Below, in pieces: positions 31,407-39,273 of a DNA stretch of 64,000 nucleotides. The notes under the pieces were generated by a model, which did not search any database, was not told the origin of the DNA, and saw only the letters and a list, made by a program, of their open reading frames with translations. Position numbers and translations under genes: made by a program. The stretch is from Acidimicrobiales bacterium (GTDB lineage: Bacteria > Actinomycetota > Acidimicrobiia > Acidimicrobiales > Acidimicrobilacustridaceae). The stretch lies in contig JALOLR010000006.1 in assembly GCA_025455885.1 (NCBI GenBank), forward strand, positions 13,913-77,912, written 5' to 3'. Positions within the stretch are counted from its first letter, which is position 1. The number at the start of each line of letters is the position of its first letter.

Positions 31407-31979
31407 ATGTCCGATCGCGGTCTCACCCACCTCGACCCACTGGGTCGGGCCCGGATGGTCGACGTGACCCCCAAGGAGGTCAGCCACCGGCGGGCCATCG
31501 CCAGGGGCAAGGTCTTCATGCAGCCCGACACGACCTCGCTGATCGCTCGGGGCTCGATCAGCAAGGGCGACGTGCTGGCGGTGGCCCGGGTGGCCGGGAT
31601 CCAGGCCGCCAAGCGGGCTCCCGACCTCATCCCCCTGTGCCACCCGCTGCTGGTCGGGTCCGTGTTCATCAACTTCCGGATCGAGGACCGGTACATCGAG
31701 GTCGAGGCGCAGGTCGAGACCGTGGACCGCACCGGGGTGGAGATGGAGGCGCTGACGGCGTGCACCGTGGCGGCACTCACCATCTACGACATGTGCAAGT
31801 CCGCCGATCGGTCGATGGTCATCGGCGACGTCACGCTCTGGGAGAAGACCGGCGGTCGTTCGGGCACCTATCGGCGCGATCCGCTCGCCGAGGTCGACGG
31901 TGGCGGGGTCGAGGGCCTCGGGGGGCTGTCGGGCAGCGACGACGACCTCGGCCTCGGCCTGGACCTCGACGACGTGTGA
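31407..31979 (+). CDS. moaC: Cyclic pyranopterin monophosphate synthase
   Basis: LTHLD..GRARMVDV, KGDVLAVARVAGIQAAK, LIPLCHP, TGVEMEALT, YDMCK; acidic C-terminal tail. Confidence 0.95.
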   Translation: MSDRGLTHLDPLGRARMVDVTPKEVSHRRAIARGKVFMQPDTTSLIARGSISKGDVLAVARVAGIQAAKRAPDLIPLCHPLLVGSVFINFRIEDRYIEVEAQVETVDRTGVEMEALTACTVAALTIYDMCKSADRSMVIGDVTLWEKTGGRSGTYRRDPLAEVDGGGVEGLGGLSGSDDDLGLGLDLDDV

Positions 31980-32156
31980 TCCGGGGTCCCGGCGAAGGTG
32001 AACGCCAGGTGTCGGCAGTGGCGCGATCCGGTGGCGTCGTAGTAGAACCGTAATGTTTCCGAATCCGAACCGACCGCCGGCGCGGGCGGCGGGCATCCAC
32101 CAGGTGGAGCGCCGCCCCCGGTACGGTCCCGAACACCGAAAGCGCAGGCCCGGAGC

Positions 32157-32765
32157 GTGACATTCGTGGTGCTGGTGATCCTCGCGGTGGTGTGGGCGCT
32201 GTACCTGGCCTCCTGGCTCAGGTCACGCACCGAGACCCGTCGCGTCGACTCGATCTCGTCGTTCAACCGTCATCTCTCCGTGCTCGAGCGCACCACCCCG
32301 GGCGGCATGGCGCGCCACGACCTCGGGGCCGCTCGGGCCCGGGTGGGACTGGCCCCGTCGACCGGTGGCGACGTGGTGCGCCGGCCGGTGCTGTCGCCGG
32401 CCAAGAAGCGCCGCAAGGACATCCTCACCGGCCTGATGGTGGCGGTCGGCACCACGGCGGTCGCCGCGCTGGTCATGGGCGGCGTGTTCCGCCTCTTGTT
32501 CGTGCTGGCGGCCGTGTTGCTCGGCGCCTACGTGGCGCTGCTGGTCCAGACCCAGAAGCGGATGCGCGAGCAGCGTGAGAAGGTGCGCTACCTGGCCCAT
32601 GCGCCGGTGCCGCCGGCCCGAGCCCCGAGCTGGCAGGACCGGGCCGGGGAGGACGAGGCGTGGGGAGACCAGGCGTGGGACGAGGTCCCGCAGGACGGCA
32701 CGTACGGCGCAGGCCGGGCGCTGCCGGGTGACGCCGGCGTGCGCTACGTCGCCGTCCCGCACTGA
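32157..32765 (+). CDS. Membrane protein, SepX/GlpR-like by architecture and synteny
   Basis: N-terminal TM, basic KKRRKD stretch, TM hairpin, disordered tail; lies between moaC and tRNA-Ala as the SepX/GlpR gene does in other actinobacteria. Confidence 0.55.
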   Translation: MTFVVLVILAVVWALYLASWLRSRTETRRVDSISSFNRHLSVLERTTPGGMARHDLGAARARVGLAPSTGGDVVRRPVLSPAKKRRKDILTGLMVAVGTTAVAALVMGGVFRLLFVLAAVLLGAYVALLVQTQKRMREQREKVRYLAHAPVPPARAPSWQDRAGEDEAWGDQAWDEVPQDGTYGAGRALPGDAGVRYVAVPH

Positions 32766-32796
32766 TCCGTCCCGCACTGATCCGTCCCGCACTGAT
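32752..32796 (+). repeat. Perfect 15-bp tandem repeat x3 (CCGTCCCGCACTGAT) spanning a stop codon
   Basis: Units at 32752, 32767 and 32782, read directly. Confidence 0.95.
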
Positions 32797-33080
32797 CGGG
32801 GGGACGCCCCCGGTCCGGCTCCCGGCCTCTCTTCCCCTCCCGACCATCCGATCCGGGCCCCCGCTCGGTTGCGTCCGACCCGGCCCTGTGCCGGCCCCCC
32901 TACCGGCCCTTGTGTCGGCGTTGGGTCCGGCGCCGGCCGCGGACGCGTCGCGACGATGCGGTCGGGTCGACTCGTCGTCGTCGTCCTCCCTCGACTCGGG
33001 GCGGACGGTCCCTCTCACCGTTCCCTCGGGCGACGGACGGACGCCGTGGCGGTTCCCCGCACCCCGGCGTGGAGCACCCG

Positions 33081-33121
33081 GACGCGACGATGGCGCCCCA
33101 TCGGGGCGCCATCGTCGCGTC
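33081..33121. terminator. 19-bp perfect inverted repeat with 3-nt loop, probable terminator between convergent genes
   Basis: GACGCGACGATGGCGCCCC-ATC-GGGGCGCCATCGTCGCGTC; no U-tract. Confidence 0.55.
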
Positions 33122-33187
33122 TGCGCAGGAGCGGGCCGCTGTCCCGCGAGGGGGAGGGGCCCCGGGGGGTGGGCCCTCGATCGGGGA

Positions 33188-33664
33188 TCAGCCCACGAAC
33201 CACTCGTGCATGAACTCCTGCACGAACCAGATGCGGCCGTCGGGGCTCTGGGCCACGCCGGTGCCGACCTTGTTGTAGACCCGGCTGAGGATGTTCGCCC
33301 GGTGGGCGGGGGAGCGCATGAAGGCGTCCATCGCCTGCTCCTGGGACCACGCCATGCCCACGTTCTCGCCGAGTGCGGTCCACGTCGTCGACCAGTTCCC
33401 GTCCGTCAATCGGGAGTGCGAGAGGTAGCCCTGGCGGGAGAGCTGCTCCGCCCACGCCTGGGCCTTGAAGTGGAGCATGCTGTTGAACTGGAGGGGCGCC
33501 AGGCCGTTGGCCCCGCGGGCCTGGTTGATCAGGTCGGCCTGGCGGTAGGCCTCGGGGGTGCACGCGCCGACCATCAGGCCCACGGTGAGGGCGAGGGCGG
33601 CGACGACAGCCGCCCGACGGCGGCCCCGGCGACGAGGCGCCGTCACCCGAGTGGTCTCGTTCAT
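33188..33664 (-). CDS. CAP/SCP-domain lipoprotein
   Basis: Lipobox VGAC; INQARGANGLAPL, LSHS, GENVG, SPAHRANIL, WFVQEF; AGGAAA upstream of ATG 33664 (alternative starts 33682, 33712). Confidence 0.85.
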   Translation of the reverse strand: MNETTRVTAPRRRGRRRAAVVAALALTVGLMVGACTPEAYRQADLINQARGANGLAPLQFNSMLHFKAQAWAEQLSRQGYLSHSRLTDGNWSTTWTALGENVGMAWSQEQAMDAFMRSPAHRANILSRVYNKVGTGVAQSPDGRIWFVQEFMHEWFVG

Positions 33665-33825
33665 CGTTTCCTGGAGTGACATGAGGTGGTTGTCGGCCCC
33701 TGGGAGTTTCACCTTGAGCGCGTTTGCGACCGCGATGCGTCGTTGGGTCGTTCGGCCCAGGGTGTGCGCGGCGACACCGGGTTGACCGAGCCCGCTCCGG
33801 CGTCGGGTATCGTGACGACCCCTGC

Positions 33826-33899
33826 GGGGGTGTAGCTCAGTTGGCTAGAGCGCTACGTTCGCAACGTAGAGGTCGGGAGTTCGATTCTCCTCACCTCCA
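33826..33899 (+). tRNA. tRNA-Ala (anticodon CGC)
   Basis: Acceptor stem GGGGGTG/CACCTCC with G3:U70 Ala identity pair; anticodon arm CTACG-TTCGCAA-CGTAG; T-loop GTTCGA; CCA not fully encoded (ACCG follows). Confidence 0.96.
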
Positions 33900-33920
33900 C
33901 CGCCGGCACGTGGTGACCGA

Positions 33921-33954
33921 CGGGGAAGGCCCGGCTCCGGCCGGGCCTTCCCCG
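33921..33954 (+). terminator. GC-rich hairpin after tRNA-Ala, probable terminator
   Basis: CGGGGAAGGCCCGGC-TCCG-GCCGGGCCTTCCCCG, perfect 15-bp stem. Confidence 0.7.
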
Positions 33955-33977
33955 CGTGCGCTCCGGGACCGTGGGAC

Positions 33978-33995
33978 CATACCTCCAGGGGTATG
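33978..33995. promoter_or_regulatory. Candidate CsoR/CstR-family operator upstream of sqr
   Basis: CATACC-TCCAGG-GGTATG palindrome (ATACC-N6-GGTAT with a G-tract), about 70 nt upstream of the sqr ATG. Confidence 0.7.
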
Positions 33996-34065
33996 ACCTC
34001 CGGCCCTGGCGCGGATCGGACGGGATGCCCCATCATGGAGGTGTCCACGACCGGAAAGGCAGCCC

Positions 34066-35304
34066 ATGGGCCCGCACATCGTGATCCTCGGCGGTGGGAC
34101 GGGAGGGACGCTCACCGCCAACCGCCTGCGCCGCCACTACGGGCGTGACGCCACGATCACCGTCGTCGACCAGGACGACGACCACGTCTACCAGCCCGGA
34201 CTGCTCTTCGTGCCCTTCGGCCTGGCCGATCCCGACCACATCGTGCGACCCCGGCACCGCCAGCTCCACAAGAGCGTCGAGTTCCGCCGGACCGCCGTCG
34301 AACGGGTCGACGTCGAGGCCGATCGGGTCCACCTCGTCGACGGCGCAGTGCTCGACTACGACCTGTTGCTCGTGGCCACCGGCGCCCGCCTCGTCCCCGA
34401 GGAGACCGAGGGGCTGACCGGCCCGGGGTGGAACGAGCGGGTCTTCACCTTCTACGACCTTCCCGGCGCCACCGCGTTGCACGGCGCCCTCGAGAGCTTC
34501 GAGGGCGGCCGTCTCGTGGTGAACGTCGTCGACATGCCCATCAAGTGCCCGGTGGCGCCCCTCGAGTTCTGCTTCCTCGCCGACTGGTACCTCCGCGAGC
34601 GTGGCATCCGCCAGGACGTGGAGCTCACCTACGTGACCCCGCTCGACGGGGCGTTCACCAAGCCCACTGCGTCGGCGGCGCTCTCGGGGATGCTGGAGGA
34701 GAAGGGCGTCCACCTCGTCACCGAGTTCAACACCGGCGAGGTGGACGGGGTCGGGGGTCGCCTGGTGGCGTGGGACGAGCGGGAGGTGCCCTTCGACCTC
34801 GCCGTCATGATCCCCGTCCACGGCGGGGCGGACTACGTCGAGCGCTCGCCGGAACTGGGGGACGCGTTGGGCTTCGTGCCGACCGATCCCCGCACGCTGC
34901 AGTCCAAGGTGAAGCCCAACATCTTCGCGATCGGCGACGCCACCGACGTCCCCGCGTCGAAGGCGGGCTCCGTGACCCACTTCGAGGGCGAGGTGATGGT
35001 CGACAACATCATCCGCTTCCTCGCCGGCGAACCGCTCGACGCCTCCTACGACGGCCACGCCAACTGCTTCATCGAGACCGGCTTCCACAAGGCCATGCTC
35101 ATCGACTTCAACTACGACACCGAGCCGGTCGGCGGTCACTTCCCGAGCGCCGTGGGCGCCCCGCTGCTCAAGGACTCCCGCCTCAACCACCTCGGCAAGC
35201 TGATGTTCCAGTGGTTCTACTGGCACGCACTCCTGCCGGGGCGCGACATCCCCGGGATCGGCCCCGACATGCCGACCTCCGGCAAGGCTCTCAGCGACCG
35301 TTGA
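34066..35304 (+). CDS. sqr: Sulfide:quinone oxidoreductase-family flavoprotein (probably type III)
   Basis: GGGTGG FAD motif, HVYQPGLLF, IKCPVAPLE and ANCFIETG cysteine pair, FAIGDA. Confidence 0.85.
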   Translation: MGPHIVILGGGTGGTLTANRLRRHYGRDATITVVDQDDDHVYQPGLLFVPFGLADPDHIVRPRHRQLHKSVEFRRTAVERVDVEADRVHLVDGAVLDYDLLLVATGARLVPEETEGLTGPGWNERVFTFYDLPGATALHGALESFEGGRLVVNVVDMPIKCPVAPLEFCFLADWYLRERGIRQDVELTYVTPLDGAFTKPTASAALSGMLEEKGVHLVTEFNTGEVDGVGGRLVAWDEREVPFDLAVMIPVHGGADYVERSPELGDALGFVPTDPRTLQSKVKPNIFAIGDATDVPASKAGSVTHFEGEVMVDNIIRFLAGEPLDASYDGHANCFIETGFHKAMLIDFNYDTEPVGGHFPSAVGAPLLKDSRLNHLGKLMFQWFYWHALLPGRDIPGIGPDMPTSGKALSDR

Positions 35305-35341
35305 CCCGGGTCCCCGGACCCCGCACCCAAGGAGCACCACC

Positions 35342-35659
35342 ATGACGACCCGCACGCTCGCCGGCCGTGACGTCGAAGTGAACGATGAGGGCTTCTTCGA
35401 GCAGCCCGACCAGTGGGACCGCGACATCGCCGTCGAGATCGCCCGGGACGAAGGCATCGACGACCTGACCGACCGGCACTGGCAGGTCATCGACTTCATG
35501 CGCAAGGAGTACTTCGAGAAGGGCACGGGGCCGACCGTGCGGATGCTCGGGAAGACCTCCGGGGTCAGCGTCAAGGAGCTCTACCAGCTCTTCCCGAAGG
35601 GGCCCGCCAAGGTGGCCGCCAAGATCGCCGGCATCCCCAAGCCGCGCGGCTGCATCTGA
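35342..35659 (+). CDS. TusE/DsrC-family sulfur relay protein
   Basis: NDEGFF...W, HWQVIDFMR, LFPKGPAKVAAKIAGIPKPRGCI; only the penultimate Cys is present. Confidence 0.9.
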   Translation: MTTRTLAGRDVEVNDEGFFEQPDQWDRDIAVEIARDEGIDDLTDRHWQVIDFMRKEYFEKGTGPTVRMLGKTSGVSVKELYQLFPKGPAKVAAKIAGIPKPRGCI

Positions 35660-35713
35660 CCCACCGAGATCGCCCGTCCCCCCGCCGCCTCGCGGCACGA
35701 ACAAGGAGTCACC

Positions 35714-36181
35714 GTGTCCGACACCATCGAGAAGGTCTCGATCATCATCTCCAAGGGGTCCCTCGACGGGATCTATCCCGGGCTCATCATGGCCAACGGG
35801 GCCCGCGCCGAGGGGATCGAGGCCAATCTGTTCTTCACCTTCTTCGGCCTGGACGCCATCCACAAGAAGCGCATGGAGCACATCAAGATCGCCACGGTGG
35901 GTAACCCGGGCATGCACATGAACACCCTGCTCGGTGGGCTCCCCGGCATGTCGGGTATCGCCACCCACATGCTCAACAAGAAGATGGAGCAGTTCGACAT
36001 CCCGTCGGTGCCCGAGTTCATCGAACTCATCTCCGACACCGGTGCCGGCATGTACGCCTGCCTGGCGTCGGTGGACCTCTTCGGCATGTCGAGGGAGGAC
36101 TTCTTCGACGATCTCGGCGGCATCATCACCGTCGGCGAGTTCTACGAGATCGCCGCCGGAGGCGAGATCATCTTCACCTGA
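35714..36181 (+). CDS. DsrE2-type (DsrE/DsrF/DsrH-like) sulfurtransferase
   Basis: ANLFFTFFGLDAI, GAGMYACLASVDLFG, conserved Cys; AAGGAG RBS. Confidence 0.85.
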   Translation: MSDTIEKVSIIISKGSLDGIYPGLIMANGARAEGIEANLFFTFFGLDAIHKKRMEHIKIATVGNPGMHMNTLLGGLPGMSGIATHMLNKKMEQFDIPSVPEFIELISDTGAGMYACLASVDLFGMSREDFFDDLGGIITVGEFYEIAAGGEIIFT

Positions 36182-36187
36182 CGGCGC

Positions 36188-37414
36188 TCAGGCCAGGCGC
36201 TCCACGATCATCGCCATGCCCTGGCCGCCACCGACGCACATCGACTCCATGCCGATGGTGCCGCCCGTGTCCTCGAGCCCGTTCAGCAGCGTCGTCATGA
36301 TGCGGGCGCCGGTCATCCCGAACGGGTGGCCGAGGGCGATGGCGCCGCCGTTGACGTTGAGCTTGTCGTAGCTGATGCCGAGGTGGCGGGCCGACGGCAC
36401 GACCTGGGCCGCGAACGCCTCGTTGATCTCCACCAGGTCGATGTCGTCGATGGTCATCCCGGCGCGGGCCATGGCCTGGCGGCACGCCTCGATCGGGCCG
36501 AGCCCCATGATCTCCGGGTCGAGGGCGCTCACCCCCGACGAGATCACGCGGGCCAGCGGCGTGAGGCCCAGCTCGCGGGCCCGGGCGTCGCTCATCACGA
36601 TCACGGCGGCCGCCCCGTCGTTCAGGGGGCAGGCGTTGCCGGCCGTCACGGTCCCGTCGGGGCGGAAGACCGGCTTCAGCTCGGCGAGCTTCTCCTTGGT
36701 GGTGCCGGCCCGGATGCCGTCGTCGCGGGTCACCGTCACCGGGTTGCCGTCGGCGTCGACGGTCTCGACCGGGGTGATCTCCCGTTCGAAGAAGCCCCGC
36801 TCGAGGGCCGCGGTGGCCCGTTGCTGGGAGAGGGCCGCGAACTCGTCCTGGTCCTCGCGGGACACGCCCTCGTACTGGGCGACGTTCTCGGCGGTCTGAC
36901 CCATGCCCAGGTAGTAGTCGGCGATGCCACCGTCGAAGGGCGTCCAGGTCGGTGCCCCGCCCTGGGACCGCTCGGCGGTGCGCGCCTCCGCGGCGGCCAT
37001 CCGCTCGTTGTGCGTGCCGGGGAGGCCGTCGGCCATGCCCGACCCGAACTGGCTCACCGTCTCGACGCCCGCCGCCATGAAGACATCGCCCTCGCCGGCC
37101 TTGATGGCGTGGGCCGCCATGCGGATCGACTGCAGCGACGACGAGCAGTAGCGGTTCACCGTGACGCCCGGGACGTGGCCCATGCCGGCGAGGTCCGACA
37201 CGACGCGAGCCATGTTGTAGCCCTGCATGCCGGCCGGCTGGGCGCACCCGAGGATCACGTCCTCGACGGTGGAGGGGTCGAGCGCCGGCACCTTGTCGAG
37301 GGCGGCGCGCATGATGGTCGCGGCGAGGTCGTCGGGGCGCACCTTGGTCAGCGAGCCCTTGTTGGCCCGACCGATGGCGCTGCGGGCGGTGGCGACGATC
37401 ACGGCTTCGGGCAT
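36188..37414 (-). CDS. Acetyl-CoA C-acyltransferase (thiolase)
   Basis: VNRYCSSS, TAGNACPLNDGAAA, EINEAFA, GGAIALGHPFG, CVGGGQG. Confidence 0.95.
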   Translation of the reverse strand: MPEAVIVATARSAIGRANKGSLTKVRPDDLAATIMRAALDKVPALDPSTVEDVILGCAQPAGMQGYNMARVVSDLAGMGHVPGVTVNRYCSSSLQSIRMAAHAIKAGEGDVFMAAGVETVSQFGSGMADGLPGTHNERMAAAEARTAERSQGGAPTWTPFDGGIADYYLGMGQTAENVAQYEGVSREDQDEFAALSQQRATAALERGFFEREITPVETVDADGNPVTVTRDDGIRAGTTKEKLAELKPVFRPDGTVTAGNACPLNDGAAAVIVMSDARARELGLTPLARVISSGVSALDPEIMGLGPIEACRQAMARAGMTIDDIDLVEINEAFAAQVVPSARHLGISYDKLNVNGGAIALGHPFGMTGARIMTTLLNGLEDTGGTIGMESMCVGGGQGMAMIVERLA

Positions 37415-37594
37415 GGGGAACTCCTGGCGGGAGGGCGCATGCGCCTGCACGCACCGGACGGATCGTGTCTGTCTATCGCGATCGGTCCGGAACCGGTAAC
37501 CGATCGGTGGCTTCGCCGGGGCGGGGCGTCCGGTGCACCACGCCCGGGGCGGGTGCGGTAGAACGGGCGCTCCGACCACGAGGGGGAGACACCC

Positions 37595-38593
37595 ATGGCC
37601 ATGTCCATCCTGCGCTTCGACATGCGGGCCCCGGGCCGGTCCCGGACCGAGATCCAGGGGATGTACGCCGCCGCCCTCGACATGGCCGAGTACGCCGATG
37701 CCAACGGGTTCGAGATCTGCGTGCTGTCCGAGCACCACGCCAGCCCGGACAACTACATGTCGTCCCCGCTGATCATGGCCGCCGCCATCGCCGGTCGCAC
37801 GAAGAGCATCATGATGAGCATCCAGGCGCTGCTCGTCCCCGAGCACGACCCGGTCCGCCTGGCTGAGGACATCGCCGCCCTCGACCACCTGTCGAAGGGG
37901 CGCATCACCTTCACCACCGGGCTCGGGTACCGGCCGATCGAGTACCACCTGCTCGGCAAGGAGTGGAAGCGGCGGGGCAAGCTCCTCGACGAGGCCCTCG
38001 ACACGATGCTCAAGGCCTGGACCGGGGAGCCCTTCGAGCTCCGGGGGGAGACGGTGCAGGTCACGCCGCCACCGTTCACCGAGCCCCACCCCATGTTCTT
38101 CGTCGGTGGTTCTGGCAAGGCCGCCGTCGAGCGCGCCGCCCGCTTCGGGCTCAGCGCCCAGCTGGCCGCCAACGACCCCGCGTTGGCCGAGCACTACCAG
38201 GCCGAGTGCGAACGCCTCGGTACGACACCGGGCATGTGCCTCATGCCCGCGGCCGAGACCACGGGCTGCCTGTTCATCAGCGAGGACCCGGAGCGCACGT
38301 GGGCCGAGGTGGGCCCCCACATGCTCCACGACGCCATGGTCTACAAGTCCTGGCAGACCCCTGACATCCGCTCCGCGGTCAGCACCGACGCCGACACGAT
38401 CGAGGCGCTGCGTGCCGGCCACGTCTACAAGGTGCTCACCCCGGACGAAGCGGTGGCCTTCGCCGAGGAGCTGGGGCCCTTCGGTGGTCTGGTCCTGATG
38501 CCGATGGTGGGCGGCACCGCACCCGAGCACGGTTGGGCCAGCCTCGAGCTCTACGTCGACAAGGTCCTGCCCCGCATCCGCGCCGCGGCCTGA
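37595..38593 (+). CDS. LLM-class (luciferase-like) flavin-dependent monooxygenase
   Basis: LSEHHAS, AAIAGRT, RLAEDIAALDHLSKGR, GLGYR. Confidence 0.9.
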   Translation: MAMSILRFDMRAPGRSRTEIQGMYAAALDMAEYADANGFEICVLSEHHASPDNYMSSPLIMAAAIAGRTKSIMMSIQALLVPEHDPVRLAEDIAALDHLSKGRITFTTGLGYRPIEYHLLGKEWKRRGKLLDEALDTMLKAWTGEPFELRGETVQVTPPPFTEPHPMFFVGGSGKAAVERAARFGLSAQLAANDPALAEHYQAECERLGTTPGMCLMPAAETTGCLFISEDPERTWAEVGPHMLHDAMVYKSWQTPDIRSAVSTDADTIEALRAGHVYKVLTPDEAVAFAEELGPFGGLVLMPMVGGTAPEHGWASLELYVDKVLPRIRAAA

Positions 38594-39210
38594 TGGCGGT
38601 CGACCTCAGCGCCCTGCTCGCCCCCACCACCACGGCGGTGGTGACCTCCGAGTGCCAGAACGGGGTGCTCGGCCCGGACTCGGCCCTCCCCGAGCTCGCC
38701 GCGGCCGCCCGTGACACGGTCGTCCCCAACGGGAGCCGCCTCGTGCACGGCGCCCGCACGGCGGGGGTGCAGGTCCTCCACGCCGTCTTCTGGCGGCGGC
38801 TCGACAACCGGGGCGCCAACACCAACGGTCGCATGTTCGTGGCGATGAACAAGGTCTCGCCACCGATGCTCCCGGGTAGCGAGGCGGCACTGCCGATCCC
38901 GGAGTTCGGGTTGTCGCCCGACGACCTGGTTCTCGGCCGCTACCACGGCCTCGACCCCGTCGGCGGCACCGACCTCGACCCCATCCTGCGCAACCTCGGG
39001 GTACGCACGGTCGTCGTCGTCGGCGTCTCGCTCAACGTCGCGCTGATGGGCCTGTCCATCGGGCTGGTCAACGCCGGGTACCAGGTGGTGGTGCCCCGTG
39101 ACGCCGTCGCCGGAGTGCCCGACGACTACGCCCGGGCCCTCCTCGCCAACTCCTACGCGCTGGTCGCCACGGTGGTCACCACCGACGAGGTGCTGGACGC
39201 CTGGGGGTAG
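38593..39210 (+). CDS. Isochorismatase/cysteine-hydrolase-fold protein with non-canonical active site
   Basis: TAVVTSECQNGV, DLDPILRNLGVRTVVVVGVSLNVAL, YQVVVPRDAVAG; overlaps the LLM stop. Confidence 0.85.
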   Translation: MAVDLSALLAPTTTAVVTSECQNGVLGPDSALPELAAAARDTVVPNGSRLVHGARTAGVQVLHAVFWRRLDNRGANTNGRMFVAMNKVSPPMLPGSEAALPIPEFGLSPDDLVLGRYHGLDPVGGTDLDPILRNLGVRTVVVVGVSLNVALMGLSIGLVNAGYQVVVPRDAVAGVPDDYARALLANSYALVATVVTTDEVLDAWG

Positions 39211-39273
39211 CTCCCGCCCGCCGGCACAGCGCCGGCGAGGGTCGGTGCGCCGTTCGCTCGCTACCCTCGCCTC

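Noticed and set aside
32752-32796. CRISPR-like array
   Set aside because: Repeats are 15 bp and directly adjacent with no spacers; no cas genes
33782-33813. Sigma-70-type promoter for the tRNA (TTGACC ... TATCGT)
   Set aside because: Spacer is 20 nt, too long for a confident call
35342-35659. Evidence for dissimilatory sulfate reduction or reverse Dsr (DsrC)
   Set aside because: Second conserved Cys is replaced by Ala and no dsrAB or dsrMK genes are in the window
33826-36188. sqr cassette as an island integrated at tRNA-Ala
   Set aside because: No integrase, no downstream direct repeat of the tRNA 3' end seen, and no obvious compositional shift
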